A stretch of 64,000 nt of DNA from Squalus acanthias (taxonomy: Eukaryota), in NCBI GenBank assembly GCA_030390025.1, contig CM059432.1, positions 67,396,001 through 67,460,000 of the forward strand, read 5' to 3'. Of this stretch, positions 60,601 through 64,000 are shown piece by piece (position 1 is the first letter of the stretch; each line of letters starts with the position of its first letter). The notes below the pieces were generated by a model. It was not told the DNA's origin. It saw only the letters and a list, made by a program, of their open reading frames with translations, and searched no databases. Both the position numbers and the translations under genes were made by a program.

Positions 60601-61470
60601 ACTCACTCATGAACTGTGGTCTGATGAAAATCCAAAATATATTAATACTTTTCAGTTGTAATGAATGTTTAACAGAATGGAGTATTTTTGTAGGATTTTT
60701 ATTAACCCCTGCAAAGCAAAGCAGGAGGACTTATTATGACCCATTTATTTGAATTGTGTACACATTTTCCTGCTCATTTATTAACATTTATAACTAACCT
60801 AGTAGCTGTAGCTGGTGAAAGTGAAGAATTGAAGTTTATGAAGGGTTATGATAAGGCAAGTATCGATAGATTGTTTCAACTGGTCAGTGAGACAGTAACC
60901 ATGAGGCACAGATTCAAGATAATCACAAAATGAATTATAGTGGAGGTTAGAAAACATTACTTTACACAGTGGAATTCTGGCCATAAACTGTTGTTGAAGC
61001 CAAATCCATAAATACTTCTAGAAGGGAATAGCCTGTTAATTGAAGAAGGGGAATAATAAAGGTTATGGGGATTGAGCAGGAAAGTGGGATTAGAAAACCC
61101 AACAGCCAATATCCATTCACGTTGCTGCAGGCCCATCAGCTTTGAAGCAACAGCTGGATTTCTATTCTCCCTCATCCCCGCAACTATATTCTGGGAGCAA
61201 GCTTCTGCAGGAGGTAGATTGGCATCAGCCGCACGTTGGGACCATGCTAATGACTTGAACCTGGAGATACTGGCCGGTTGATGTCAGGTCAGGAGTTGTG
61301 TGCATTCCACCTGACTAAGCCTGGGTGACAGAGGAAAAGGAATATCTGGGCCAATGCACTTGTGCATGTGTGTGGGGTAGGGAGAGAGTAAATGTGTAAA
61401 TGTTGACCAAGTTTTAGAATGACATATAATATATTTATATATAGACCAGGTCCAGTATAATAAGCATGTA

Positions 61471-61742
61471 ATTGGTAGAAGGATTAGAGGGGAGTTGAGG
61501 AGAATTTTTTTCACCCAGAGGTTGGTATGGGTCTGGAACTCACTGCCTGAAAGGGTGGTAGAGCCAGAAATGCTCATCATATTTAAAAAGTACTTGGATA
61601 TGCACTTGAAGTGCCGTAACCTACAAGGCTATGGACCAAGAGCTGGAAAGTGGGATTAGGCTGAATAGCTCTTTTTCAGCTGGCACAGACACGATGGGTT
61701 GAATGGCCTCATTCTGTGCCATAAATTTCTATGATTCTATGA
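61471..61742 (+). mobile_element. CR1 3'-terminal fragment
   Basis: RRIFFTQRL...WNSLPER-like sequence, hairpin, TTCTATGATTCTATG tail. Confidence 0.82.
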
Positions 61743-63185
61743 ACATGTGGGTAGTGGCAATTTGGAAAAAGAGTGAATCTAGTGCTGATAATTGGTTGAT
61801 TAAATGCTTAACTCAGTTCTGGCCCTTCAAGGAATATTTTATAAAATTTCCCTCTATCTACTGCAAAAATTGAGGACCGTCAGCGGAATAGCCAATTCCT
61901 GACAATAACATTTACATTTTATGTTTACATAATTTACGAAGTGGAAAAGTCGTTCCATGAACATGAGATAGAAAAAGCAACAGATCTTTCTCCTCCATGT
62001 AATCTTCAGAGCTGCTGACATTTTCTTCCCCTTAATTTGATACAAATTAAATAAGTTTCAGGCTGAAGATATTAAGCTCATCTGATCCACTATTTGAATT
62101 AGTTTGAAAGTGAACCCTGCCATCATGAGAAAATTCTAACATTTACTTAGTAAGATCAGGATATTTGACAATCGTATCTTCTGCAGAGCTGTTTCTTTCA
62201 ACCTGAGGCAATTTCTATCTTTTTAATACTGTCTGTATCTTGCTTAGACGTATTCCTGTTGGAGATTTCTTCCACCCTCATTACCTACTCCTTGGCATTA
62301 CCTGATTATTTTCAATGGGTCCCATATCACTTGATCTTTTTATCTAGGAGAGTAATATAGCCCAGGGAATCTCAGAGCAAAGTGATGTATTATCTTGAGA
62401 AAGTGTTTTCAGTGAAATCCAGCAACTGGCAAAAAGGAATGAATTTATAAATCTCGACTTATTTTTCTGGAAAGTAACAGTGGATTATGTTCCAGTGGGT
62501 GTTGGCGCTGAAGGGCAGAGCAATTATCTTTTTCTTTCATTTAAAAAAAAAATCTGCTGCTTTCATTTAACTGATCTTCCTGCTTGTATCACACATTATA
62601 CGTAGGTTTCCAATGTTTTTGAAGACCACTTTGAGCTCCAGGGAGACGGTGGTATACCAATTAGTAATAAGAAGAATATTAAAATATAATGAGACTCTGT
62701 TAAATACTGAGACAGATAGGAAAAACAAACCAGATCATATACAGTATTTTCACAGAAGTCAAAGATTATTGGCTTATGAAACATCTGAGGAGGGATAATT
62801 CGCTGGATGTTATTTTAACGCTGACTTATTGCCATTTGGAAAATGCCATTATGTTGAACTTGGACAGTATTTACACCATTTCACAAATCCTGAGATAGGT
62901 TTAACATAACAATAATTATTTTATGTCGCAGGAGCAAAAATAGTCATTTAACTAATTAATTCAGACAATATGGGGGGAATTTTAATCCTCCCATGAGGTT
63001 TGGGAGAAGGATGGGGTATATAAATTATTATTATTTTTTTTTATATCGCAAAACGCGACCCCAACCCACCGTGTACGTGCCAGGTGCCACTTTTACAATG
63101 GCAGATTATGTGACGTGTCTGTGTCCCACTCTCAAGAGGAGGGACACCTCATTATAATATTTAAATCAGGCTCCAACAGTGTACT

Positions 63186-64000
63186 TGAACACAAGAATAC
63201 AAGAAATAGGAGCAGGAGTAAGCCATTTTGCCCTTCGAGCCTGCTCTGCCATTCAATAAGATTATGGCTGATCTTCTAACTCAACTCCACCTTCCAGCGT
63301 TATCCCCATATCCCTTGATTGCCTTCGTATCCAAAAATCTATCGCTCTCTATCTTGAATATACTCAACGACTGAGCATCCACAGTTCTCTGGGGTAGAGA
63401 ATTCCAAAGATTCACAACCTTTTGAGTGAAAAGAAAGAAAATAAAATAAAGACTTGCATTTATATCGCACCTTTCACAACCACTGGATATCACAAAGCAC
63501 TTTACAGCCAATGAGGTAGTGCAGTCATTGTTGTAATGTAGGAAACGCAGCAGCCAATTTGTGTACAGCAAGCTCCCACAAACAGCAATGTGATAATAAG
63601 CAGATGATCTGTTTTAGTGATGTTAATTGAGAGATAAAAATTGACTAGGACACTGGGGCTAACCCCTCTGCTCTTCTTCGAAATTATGCCATAGGATCTT
63701 TCACATCCACCTGAGGGCAGACGTGGGCTCGGTTTAACATCTCATCCAAAAGATGGCCTCTCTGACAGTGCAGCACTCCCTCAGCACTGCACTGGAGTGT
63801 CAACCTAGATTTTTGTGCTCAAGTCTCTAGAGTGGGACTATGAACCCACAACCTTCTGCCTCAGAGGCTAGAGTGCAACCAACTGAGCCACGGCTGACAC
63901 CTATGTGAAGAAATTTCTCCTCATCTCAGACCTAAATGGCTGACCCCTTATTCTGAGACTGTGACCCCTAGTTCTAGACGCTCCAGCAAGGGGAAACATC
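63186..64000 (-). mobile_element. CR1 3' end, interrupted by a SINE, runs off the right edge
   Basis: FTQKVVNLWNSLPQRTV...KGYGD; continues at ~63905. Confidence 0.88.
63449..63900 (-). mobile_element. Deu-domain tRNA SINE, full length, nested in CR1
   Basis: Same family as 7739-8186; GTGAA repeated on both flanks. Confidence 0.87.

Overview
Eukaryotic, non-genic or intronic DNA made almost entirely of nested transposable elements. The mix of dominant CR1 LINEs, Deu-domain tRNA SINEs, Tx1, Harbinger and Penelope-like elements suggests a vertebrate, most likely a cartilaginous fish (inference from repeat content only). I could not identify any host gene; only weak candidate exons are visible. 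Main content: about a dozen CR1 copies or fragments (one near-full-length at ~33950-38382, one young copy with an open RT region at ~55530-57619), a second CR1/L2-superclade LINE whose 5' end is tRNA-like, a full-length degenerate Tx1 (L1-clade) element, Harbinger transposase and Myb/SANT relics with many MITEs, one hAT-type MITE and four SacSINE1-like SINEs. The most striking structures are Penelope-like retroelement insertions carrying minimal hammerhead ribozyme motifs. Two are fold-back palindromes (arms ~530 bp and 92 bp), each flanked by a target-site duplication, with a ribozyme core on both strands and a compensatory base change in stem I between copies. Element boundaries were read by eye and are approximate unless a TSD or TIR is quoted.
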